From an uncultured Gemmatimonadales bacterium (GTDB lineage Bacteria; Gemmatimonadota; Gemmatimonadetes; Gemmatimonadales; GWC2-71-9): a stretch of 64,000 bases of DNA. How positions within the stretch are numbered: the first letter of the stretch is position 1; every line of letters starts with the position of its first letter. The notes under the pieces are model-generated. The model saw nothing but the letters and a program-made list of their open reading frames with translations. It searched no databases and was not told the DNA's origin. This document shows positions 20,034 through 28,900 of this stretch, in pieces. A program made the translations under genes and the position numbers. Location: assembly GCA_963695555.1 (NCBI GenBank), contig CAVOGR010000007.1, positions 608,001 through 672,000 on the forward strand, written 5' to 3'.

Positions 20034-21236
20034 TTACTGAATTGCGTTCATCATATCGAAGATCGGGAGGTACATCGCCACGACCATGCCGCCGACGATG
20101 ACACCCAACACGACGATCATGATCGGCTCCATGAGGGACAGGAGCGCGCTGACTGCGACGTCCACTTCCTCGTCGTAGAAGTCGGCGATTTTCGCCAACA
20201 TTTCGTCCAAGCCGCCGGTCTGCTCGCCGACCGCGATCATGGAAATGACCATCGGCGGGAACACCCTGGACTTTTCGAGCGGGCCCGCGATAGTCTCACC
20301 GCCCGCGATCGACTGCCGCGATTCCATGACGGCATTGTGGATCACCTGATTGCCGGCGGTCTTGGCCGTGATTTCCAGGCCATCCAGAATGGAGACGCCC
20401 GACGAGATGAGCGTCCCGAGCGTCCGGGTGAACCGCGAGACGGCGGACTTGCGTAGCATGTCTCCCAGCACCGGAGAGGACAGAAGCAGCTGGTCGATGC
20501 GGAGCCGGCCGCCATCGGTTCGGTAATACGCCCGCACGGCGAACGTCAGGGCGACGAGGAGGCCGATGGCCGCCCACCAATAGCCCAGCAGCATATCCGA
20601 GGCCCCGATCACGATCCGGGTCGGCAGCGGCAGTTCCATGCCCACCGAGGCGAACATGCTCTGGAACGTCGGGATCACGAAGATGAGCAGGATGGCGATG
20701 GCCGCCCCGGCCACCGTGAGGATCACGCCCGGATACACCAGGGCGCCCTTCACCTTGCGGATCAACGCGTCGTTCTTCTCGAGAAAGACGGCCAAGCGCA
20801 GGAGAATGGTATCGAGAATACCGCCGGCTTCACCGGCAGCCACCATGTTCACGTACAGGTCCGAGAATGCCTTCGGGTGCTTGCTCAAGGCATCGGCGAG
20901 CGTATTGCCGGCCTCGACGTCGTACACCACCGTGCGGGTGACGTCCTTCAGCGACTTGTTCTCGGTCTGCTGCGCCAGAATGTTCAGCGACTGGACCAGC
21001 GGGAGACCCGCGTTGATCATGGTCGCGAACTGGCGCGTGAAGATGACCGTGTCGCGGGTCGTGATGCGCTTCGCGCCAAAGCTCAGGTTGATCGACTTCG
21101 GGGCCTCTCGCACACTCACCAGAATCATCCGATTCTTGCGGATGTGGTTGACGACGTCGTCCTTGGACGGCGCGTCGAGCTGTCCCTTCATGATCTGACC
21201 GCTACTGTTCTTCGCGGTGTATTCGTAGAGCGGCAT
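20034..21236 (-). CDS. pilC: Type IV pilus platform protein PilC (GspF family)
   Basis: FTRQFATMINAG, AGEAGG, ALVYP, GEQTG, MYLPIF. Confidence 0.95.
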   Translation of the reverse strand: MPLYEYTAKNSSGQIMKGQLDAPSKDDVVNHIRKNRMILVSVREAPKSINLSFGAKRITTRDTVIFTRQFATMINAGLPLVQSLNILAQQTENKSLKDVTRTVVYDVEAGNTLADALSKHPKAFSDLYVNMVAAGEAGGILDTILLRLAVFLEKNDALIRKVKGALVYPGVILTVAGAAIAILLIFVIPTFQSMFASVGMELPLPTRIVIGASDMLLGYWWAAIGLLVALTFAVRAYYRTDGGRLRIDQLLLSSPVLGDMLRKSAVSRFTRTLGTLISSGVSILDGLEITAKTAGNQVIHNAVMESRQSIAGGETIAGPLEKSRVFPPMVISMIAVGEQTGGLDEMLAKIADFYDEEVDVAVSALLSLMEPIMIVVLGVIVGGMVVAMYLPIFDMMNAIQ

Positions 21237-21261
21237 GAGTTCTCTCCTCCGAAATGCTGAC

Positions 21262-22389
21262 CTAGCGGCGCAGGGTGGCGCGCCGACCCTCGTCGATTGA
21301 CTTGATGTCTTCTTCCTCAGGCGGTGTCATGCCGATCATGCGCATGAACTCCTTGGGGTCAGGCGACACCCGCAAACACTCCTCAGGATTCACTCGGCGT
21401 GCCATCTGCAATTGATAGAGCGAATCGTTCATCGTCTGCATTCCATGCTTCTTACCGGACTGGAGCGCGGAATAGATCTGGTGCACCTTGTCGTCCCGGA
21501 TCAGCGCTCGGATTGCGGGGGTCGCCACCAGGATCTCGCACGCCATGCTGCGTCCCCGCCCGCTCGAGTTCTGGAGCAGGGTTTGGGTCACGACGCCCTC
21601 GAGCACGAAGGCGAGCTGGGCCCGGACCTGGGATTGTTGGCTCGACGGGAAGACGTCGATGATCCGGTTGATCGACTCCGCCGACGAGTTGGTGTGGAGC
21701 GTCGCAAGGGCTAGGTGACCCGTTTCCGCGATGGTCAGCGCAGCCGAGATGGTCTCCAGGTCGCGCATCTCGCCCACCAGAATGATATCAGGATCTTCCC
21801 GGAGCGCGTACTTGAGCGCGTTGGCGAAGCTCTTGGTGTCGGTCCCCACTTCGCGCTGGTTGACCAGGCACGACTGGTGGCGGTGGATGAACTCGATCGG
21901 ATCCTCCACCGTGATGATATGGCCTTTGCGCTCCCGGTTGATCTTGTCGATCATGGCCGCGAGCGTGGTTGATTTCCCCGATCCGGTCGGCCCGGTGACC
22001 AGGACGAGGCCGCGGGGGCGCTCGGCGAGCTTGGCCACGACGGGCGGAAGCCCCAGCTCCTCGAAGGACTTCACCTGGAACGGGATCATCCGGATGACCA
22101 TGCCCACGCACCCGCGCTGCTTGAAGCAGTTGCCGCGGAACCGGGCCAGGTTCTGGATCCCGAACGAGAAGTCGAGCTCGTCCTCGGTTTCGAAGCGCTT
22201 CTTCTGGTTTTCCGTCAGGACGGAGTACGCCAAATGAAGCGTGTCCTTCGCGGTCATCACCTCGGTGAACGAGGAATTGACGATATCGCCGTCAATCCGG
22301 AGCTTGGGACACTCGCCCACGGCAAGATGGAGGTCGGACGCTTCCTTCTCGATCATTTCTTCGAGTAACGTCCGGAGATTGATGCTCAT
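21262..22389 (-). CDS. pilT: Pilus retraction ATPase PilT
   Basis: GPTGSGKSTT, TVEDPIE, LREDPD, AETGHL, AIRALIRD (AIRNLIRE motif), GMQT. Confidence 0.95.
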   Translation of the reverse strand: MSINLRTLLEEMIEKEASDLHLAVGECPKLRIDGDIVNSSFTEVMTAKDTLHLAYSVLTENQKKRFETEDELDFSFGIQNLARFRGNCFKQRGCVGMVIRMIPFQVKSFEELGLPPVVAKLAERPRGLVLVTGPTGSGKSTTLAAMIDKINRERKGHIITVEDPIEFIHRHQSCLVNQREVGTDTKSFANALKYALREDPDIILVGEMRDLETISAALTIAETGHLALATLHTNSSAESINRIIDVFPSSQQSQVRAQLAFVLEGVVTQTLLQNSSGRGRSMACEILVATPAIRALIRDDKVHQIYSALQSGKKHGMQTMNDSLYQLQMARRVNPEECLRVSPDPKEFMRMIGMTPPEEEDIKSIDEGRRATLRR

Positions 22390-24089
22390 TCGGCTGTCTC
22401 CTTGACTACTTCTTCGAGGGTGGTAACGCCCTGTCTGATCTTCTCGAGGCCATCCATACGCAAGGTCAGCATCCCCTCAGCGACCGCACGGTCCTTGAGA
22501 TCCGCGGCTGAGTCTCCCCGCAAGATCATGCGCCGGAGCTCGGGCGTAAGGGCCATGACCTCATAGAGGCCGGCGCGGCCCCGATACCCCGTGCCGCTGC
22601 ACGTCTCACAGCCCACGCCCTTCATGAACTTGATCGCCGCGGCCTGGTCGTGATCGAGCTGGAGGGGAGCGAGTTCTTCATCCGTGTATTTCGCGTGGTC
22701 TCGACAGTCTTTGCAGATGCGCCGGACCAGCCGCTGGGCGGCCACCAGATTGACCGCGCTCGCCACATTGAATGGCTCGATGCCCATATCGATCATTCGA
22801 GTGATGGTGCTCGCGGCATCGTTGGTGTGGAGGGTCGAGAGCACCAGGTGCCCCGTCAGCGCCGCCTTGATGGCGATACTGCCCGTCTCCAAGTCCCGGA
22901 TCTCACCGATCATGATGACGTTCGGGTCCTGACGGAGAAAGGCGCGGAGCGCCGCCGCGAAGGTCAGGCCGATCTCGGACCGCACCAGCACCTGGTTGAT
23001 GCCCATCAGGTTGTATTCGACCGGATCTTCCGCCGTCATGATGTTGACTTCGGGGCTGTTGATCTTCGAAAGCGCCGAATACAGCGTTGTGGTTTTGCCC
23101 GATCCGGTGGGTCCCGTCACCAGCACCATGCCGTAAGGATTGGCGATGGCCAACATCAGATCCCGCTCCGCTTTCGGCGCGAAGCCGAAGGTGCTGAGAT
23201 CGAGCGTCAGGTTGCCCTTGTCCAGAATACGCATCACGATCTTCTCCCCGAAGAGCACGGGGAGCGTCGAGACACGGAAGTCGATGACCCGCTTGCCGAA
23301 CTTGAGCTTGAGCCGGCCGTCTTGTGGCACGCGACGCTCGGCGATGTTGAGCTGCGACAGGATCTTGACTCGGGACGTGAGGGCCGCCTTCATGCGCACC
23401 GGCGGCTTCATCACCTCCAGCAAGGCCCCGTCGATGCGGTACCGCACCCGGATCTCGTGCTCGAACGGTTCGATGTGGATGTCGCTCGCCCCCCGCCTCA
23501 CGGCGTCGATGAGCAGTCCATTGATGAGTTTGACTACCGGCGCGTCGTCGATCTGCGCCTGGGTGGCAACCTCTTCTTCGGCCTCCTCCAGCACCTCGAC
23601 ATGTTCGGATTCGAGGTCCTGCAGGATTTCCTGGAGTTGTTGATCGGACGACTCGTAGTGACGCTCGATCAGCTTCCGCAGGATCTGCTCTCCGGCCAGA
23701 ACCGGAAAGAGATCGTACCGGGTAATGAACTTGAGGTCGTCGATCAGCCCGATATTGGTGGGGTCGGCCATGGCCACCGTCAGGGTGCGGCCCTCGCGCT
23801 TGAGCGGCAACACAACCTGCTTGGCGGCAATGTCGGCCGGGATGAGCTTGAGCACCGTCGGCTCGACTTCGAACCGGCTGAGATCGACCGCGGGCATCCG
23901 ATAGAGCCGGGCCAGGATCTTGGTGACCTCGTTCTCCTCCACCATCCCCAGCCGCACCACCACGTAGCCCAGGCGATGGCCCGAGGACTTCTGCTCGGCC
24001 AAAGCCTGCACCAGCTTCTCTCGGGTCAGTAACCCTTCCTGAAGCAGATACTGGGCGAGTTGGTCGCGATCGGTCGCGGCAGTTGTCAT
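22386..24089 (-). CDS. pilB: Pilus assembly ATPase PilB
   Basis: ASDIHIEP, GPTGSGKTT, AEDPVE, LRQDP, CxxC...CxxC zinc motif. Confidence 0.95.
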   Translation of the reverse strand: MTTAATDRDQLAQYLLQEGLLTREKLVQALAEQKSSGHRLGYVVVRLGMVEENEVTKILARLYRMPAVDLSRFEVEPTVLKLIPADIAAKQVVLPLKREGRTLTVAMADPTNIGLIDDLKFITRYDLFPVLAGEQILRKLIERHYESSDQQLQEILQDLESEHVEVLEEAEEEVATQAQIDDAPVVKLINGLLIDAVRRGASDIHIEPFEHEIRVRYRIDGALLEVMKPPVRMKAALTSRVKILSQLNIAERRVPQDGRLKLKFGKRVIDFRVSTLPVLFGEKIVMRILDKGNLTLDLSTFGFAPKAERDLMLAIANPYGMVLVTGPTGSGKTTTLYSALSKINSPEVNIMTAEDPVEYNLMGINQVLVRSEIGLTFAAALRAFLRQDPNVIMIGEIRDLETGSIAIKAALTGHLVLSTLHTNDAASTITRMIDMGIEPFNVASAVNLVAAQRLVRRICKDCRDHAKYTDEELAPLQLDHDQAAAIKFMKGVGCETCSGTGYRGRAGLYEVMALTPELRRMILRGDSAADLKDRAVAEGMLTLRMDGLEKIRQGVTTLEEVVKETAE

Positions 24090-24198
24090 CGGCGCACGGG
24101 TCTCGTGGTCCGTCGGTGAAGGTTCGAGAGGTGGGAAAGCCCACTCCCCGGCCCATCCTCTTGCCGTCCGGATGGATAGGATCGTCTGAGCCGACCGG

Positions 24199-24214
24199 AG
24201 CCAGGATCGTGCCA
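24199..24214 (-). promoter_or_regulatory. Probable sigma54 promoter of pilB-pilT-pilC
   Basis: TGGCACGATCCTGGCT (GG-N10-GC) preceded by the CCCC also seen at the pilA and pilM promoters. Confidence 0.65.
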
Positions 24215-24278
24215 GGGGTGAAAAGGGGGTTCGAGAGGCCGCGCTGGAACAACGGGTAACCCCCGCAATTCCATACCA

Positions 24279-24944
24279 TTAGGGTACCCGCACCAGGGGA
24301 CCCAGCCGAGCCAGCATCGCAGGCCCAATTCCACGGACCGAACCCAGCTGTTCGAGGGTCGCAAACGGGCCGTGCAGTTCGCGATACGCTACAATCTCGC
24401 GGGCCTTGACCCGCCCGATACCGGGTAAGGCTTCGAGCTCGGCGGCGCTCGCATGGTTGATCGACACCAGGGAGGCGGGCCTTGGCTCAGCCGCCGGCAC
24501 CCCCAGGATGGACCCCGAGACCGACGCGTGGGCTGCGGCGGCCAGCGGCGCCGAGAAGCTGACGAGGGGCTCGAGCTCCGCGAGGAGTGCGGGGCCGATG
24601 CCCGGGACTCGGTCCAACCCGGCGAGACTGCGAAAGGGGCCTGACCTGCTGCGTTGCGCCACGATCCGCTTGGCGAGCACGGGACCGATACCCGGCAGGC
24701 GGGCAAATTCCACGATGTCGGCGCGATCGGCGTCGATCCGCTCGCCCGGGGCGAGTGGACGGGCTACCCGCTCCGCCAGGGCGCGTTGGGCCTCGAGGGA
24801 GCCGGGCCTGGAGGCGGAGCCGCCCGGTAGGAGCCGGATGGCTCCAGGGGCCTCCTCCGGCCGCCCCACGGCAAGTTTGGCCAAGTGACCCACCACGGCC
24901 AGGGTAAGCAGCAAGACGACGAGGCGGCGCTCGGACAGGGCCAT
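24279..24944 (-). CDS. comEA: ComEA-family DNA-binding protein with two helix-hairpin-helix modules
   Basis: N-terminal TM; LPGIGPVLAKRIV...VPGIGP and INHASAAELEALPGIG...VRGIGP. Confidence 0.8.
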   Translation of the reverse strand: MALSERRLVVLLLTLAVVGHLAKLAVGRPEEAPGAIRLLPGGSASRPGSLEAQRALAERVARPLAPGERIDADRADIVEFARLPGIGPVLAKRIVAQRSRSGPFRSLAGLDRVPGIGPALLAELEPLVSFSAPLAAAAHASVSGSILGVPAAEPRPASLVSINHASAAELEALPGIGRVKAREIVAYRELHGPFATLEQLGSVRGIGPAMLARLGPLVRVP

Positions 24945-25029
24945 GCCCGAGGATACGCCGCCCACTGCCCGGGGCAGGTATCGTTTCCTCGGGGCCAGGT
25001 CCAAAGCGCCGCATCGGCCCTTTGACCGC

Positions 25030-25947
25030 CTAGCGTTCACCCTTTCGGATCAATTCCAGCACCACCTCGCCGACCACCTGGAGACTCGCCGCGCTGATCT
25101 TGTCGATGGTGTCATCCACAGTGTGCCAGTAGGGATAATCGAAATCGATGATGTTGATGGCACGAATGCCGGCCTGCTGGAGTGGCACGTGATCGTCCTC
25201 CATCGTGTGCTTCGACGACCGGAGGAAGATCCCGCCATGGCCGATATCCCGGGCCGTCTCCCACACAGTTTCCACGACGTCAGGCGCGGCAATCAGGGAG
25301 TAGCCTTCCTGGTAGATAGCGAGGTCACGGTCGCCCACCATGTCGAGCAGCACCGCGTACCGTGGCTTGGGCCCCGGCGGTTGGTTCGCGGCGTAGTACC
25401 TCGAGCCGATCAGCACGTCGACCTTCTCCGGGAACAAGCCGTAATCCTCGCCGTCGACCAGAAGCAGGTCCACTCCGATGGCGGGCGGCGCGTCACCCAA
25501 GGCGTCGGCCACCGAAAGCAGCACCGCCACGCCCGACGCGCCGTCATTGGCCCCGGGCACCGGCCCCCGGGCTTCACCGGCTGTCGGCCCGTCGCTCCGG
25601 GGCCGCGTGTCCCAGTGCGCCAGGAACAGGAGGCGCTCCTGGGCGGCGGGGTTGAATCGGGCGATGAAGTTCTGGAGCGGAAGGGAGTCGCCCGTGGTAG
25701 TGGTGTGGGTCCACCGCTGGACGATCAGCGTATCGGCTCGAGCTGTGAGCAGGCTGTCCAGCCACCGGCTGGCGGCAGCATGCCCTGGGGTGCCGGGAAT
25801 TCGCGGCCCGAACGCGAGTTGGACTTCGGCATAACGCAGCGCCTGCGCCCCGTCGAACGGACGCGGCGGCGGCGATGCGGCGCATGCCGCGAACAACACA
25901 CCCAAGGCCGCGCCGCGCACCGATTCGCGCCATGTCGTACGGCTCAT
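25030..25947 (-). CDS. M28-fold lipoprotein, glutaminyl-peptide cyclotransferase-like
   Basis: Lipobox LFAAC; AHWDTRP, GANDGASG, DGEDYG, LDMVG, DDHVP, YWHT; ATGA overlap with sprA stop. Confidence 0.75.
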   Translation of the reverse strand: MSRTTWRESVRGAALGVLFAACAASPPPRPFDGAQALRYAEVQLAFGPRIPGTPGHAAASRWLDSLLTARADTLIVQRWTHTTTTGDSLPLQNFIARFNPAAQERLLFLAHWDTRPRSDGPTAGEARGPVPGANDGASGVAVLLSVADALGDAPPAIGVDLLLVDGEDYGLFPEKVDVLIGSRYYAANQPPGPKPRYAVLLDMVGDRDLAIYQEGYSLIAAPDVVETVWETARDIGHGGIFLRSSKHTMEDDHVPLQQAGIRAINIIDFDYPYWHTVDDTIDKISAASLQVVGEVVLELIRKGER

Positions 25948-28900
25948 CGCAAGTCTCTGGAGAAAAGGGAAAGCTGGAAGGAAAGGGTGAACTGGATCTG
26001 TGAAGTACGGCGGTTGAGGTGCTTGACGTCGTTGATCGTGTAGCTGAATTGGAAACCCGCGGTCAGGAGCTGCGAGATGTCGGTATTCACGTCGCCCCGG
26101 ACCTCTTGGCGGCGCACATCGGACACGGTCGTGCACTCGCTCCCGCCCCTGAGCAAGAGACACTGAGTGCGGGAGAAATCCAAGGCAAACAGCGATGCCC
26201 GCACGAGCTTCCGCCGCCGGCTGATGTTCTGAGGCAGGCGGAAGGAATAGCTGAGGGTTGCCGTGATGTTCCGATCGTCCGCTTCCGTCGTGTTGCCGCC
26301 GCTTCGCGACGTGCCATCGGTCTTGCCATAGGCCACGTTCATGCTGAGCCCATTGCGGAACACCAGCTGCAGGTCGGGACTCAGCGACGATGAATTGTTG
26401 AGGTTGATCGATGCATTGCCCGCAACCGTGCTCGGCTGCACGGTTGCGCCCTCGCGGCGGCGGTAGCTCGTGCCGATCCCGATGAGCGTCACCGGGCCGC
26501 TGCCGAGCGATTGGGTCCATCGGATGTCGCCGTTCGGCCAGTCGCGCTGGCGGGAATTGGACTCCAGGAAATCTCCGCTCACCCGGGCAAACCGCGACGT
26601 TCTCGACAGCGAATACGACAGGCTGGCGGTCACCCCGAAGGGGAAATTCCAGCCCGAACTCACTGTCGTGATGAGGATTTCCGACGCCCCCAGCGCGGGC
26701 GTCTGCTCCTGGAACAGGAAGTCCCCGAGCCCGCCCAGGCCGAGCTGGTAGGACAGGCGCGGATCGAAGGCCGCGAGGTCGAAGGTCGAGTTTCGGATGC
26801 GGCGGAAGCTGACATCGATCGGCCTGAGGCGCGCGGTGGTGGTGGTGAGGCCGCTGCTGTCGCCGGCGATCAGCCGGACGAGCTGGTTCGGTTCGATCGC
26901 GACACCGATTTCCCGCTGCCGGGAGTTGTTGAGCGTTTGCGGCAACACGAAGGCGCCCGCCGTGTCTCCCTCCACCTGAACCGGCAGCCGGCTCGTCAGG
27001 CTCCGCGACAGAATGAACGAACTGGACGTCGAGAAGCGGGGGCGGAGCCACGATGACACCTTGGGGTTGAGACCCAGCGTCGTCGTGAGGGCGCGGTCGC
27101 GTTCCACGCCGACATCCAGGCCCAGGAATTGGCGGCGGGACTCGCCGGCGAGGCGACCGAGCGAGGTCGAGTCCGAGTACTCGCGGAGGTCTCGGGTGCT
27201 GACCAGGTCGGCGCCGAGAACCAGCATGCCGAAGGGCTGCCAGGTGAGGCCGGCCGAGTTGCGCCACAGATGGGTCAACGATTGCACCGTGGGAATGAGC
27301 CCGTCATCCGGACGCGTTACCGAGACCAGGTACGATGTGCTGTTGGCTTCGTTGCGGGTCAGCTGACTGCGGAATCGAACATTGACCGGCGCCAGGGCGA
27401 ATGTTGCGGTGCGGAGTCCCTTGCCCAGCTCGCTGTTCCGGAACCAGTCGGGCAGCGAGGCGACCAAGCCCCCGAGCGGAAGCCGCGAGCCGCGCCGTTG
27501 CATGGACAGGTTGTAGGCAAGCGTTACCGAGGAAGACTTGGCCGTGGTCTCGGACAATTCGGTGCGGGACCGGCCGTTGGTGAACGAAGCCGCCACCGAC
27601 ACTGGGTCGACGAACCCGCGGGTGACCCAGCCGGTGCCGCGTTCGCGCCGGGCGAGGGACATGGTGTACGTGGCGGTCCACGACTCGGGCGTGCGGAGGC
27701 CGGGTAAGTCCGCGCCGCGGAGATCCGATCCGCTCAACAACTCGAGCCCCACGGTGTTGCGGATGTAGGTGACGGTAGCAGGAACCGCCAACCCCAACGA
27801 CGCCGGCAGGAAGCGATCGAGTTGGACCCGGGACCCGATCTGCAGGCGGTTGGTGGTCCGGAAGGTGGGTTCCTGGCCGATTTGCCGGAACTGTCCGTCC
27901 TGGCGGATGAATCCCACGGAAAGATCGGCCACGTCGGCGGCCGACAGACGCGCCTCGAGGGCCAGGGCCGTGCCGACCTGTGACTCGGGTTCGGTCAGCC
28001 GGATGTCGTCGACCCAGAGTTCGACACTCGAGGTGGCACCGCTTTGGGCCACCCGCAGCGCGCCGGCCGAGACCTCCTGCACCGCCGCCAGATTCGGGGG
28101 GTTGGTTCCCGGATCGAGCACGTGGACCAGATAGGGGCCGTCGCAGGCCACGTACGCCGTCGAATCGCCCAGGCCGCAGGTGCCCGCCCCGCTGGGCGCC
28201 TCGCCCTGCAGCCACCGCACCTCGATCTCGCTCCTGAGCCGCCGCCAGACCTCGAAATCGACGGCCACCTCGGGTTCCCAGGTGGTGGTGCGTGCGTCGG
28301 TCTGGTAGTAGTAGAAGTTATTCTCGTCGCTGCCAAGCTTGATGAAGGCCTTGAGATCGCCGGTGTCCCAGCCGTCCCCGCGACCACGCATCCACACCCT
28401 GAGCTGCCGGTACTTGAGCATGCTCTGGGCACCCGACGGAAAGCGAAGGTACGCTTCCGCCCGCTCGCCCACGTCCACCACATCGGCCAAAATGCGGAGC
28501 GACTTCTCGTTGGCCTGGGTTCCTTGCGCCTCCTGCCCGGCATCCTTGCGGTTGGCACCCTGAATCACGCCGGGCGGCGGCTCATACCCCAAATCCACGT
28601 CTTCGGTCGTCACCGTGGTCGCCACCACTTCCCCATCCGGCAGGCCGACGTTCCCGGCGATCCCGGGCACGGGCGCCTCGGAGCGCCGAATCCACGAGGC
28701 ACCGGTAAACCGTGCCCGCGCAAGGGCGAATCGGGCGACGACATCGGGATCGACGCCGTTGTCCGGGGGGGCAATTGCCGTGATCCGGAGGTGCGGAATC
28801 AGCCGAATATTCGGCGTGCCGATCGTGGCTTCCGGGGTTCGGAGTGGGATTCTAAAGAGACTCCACTTGGACACCCGGCCCTGACTGTCGGACGAGGAAA

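Noticed and set aside
20034..24089. Type II secretion system (GspE/GspF)
   Set aside because: PilT between the ATPase and platform genes, plus pilMNOPQ and pilSR-pilA, indicates type IVa pili.
25030..27267. 745-aa ORF suggesting a long N-terminal extension of the M28 protein
   Set aside because: The upstream part overlaps sprA out of frame; a start with a lipoprotein signal lies at 25947.
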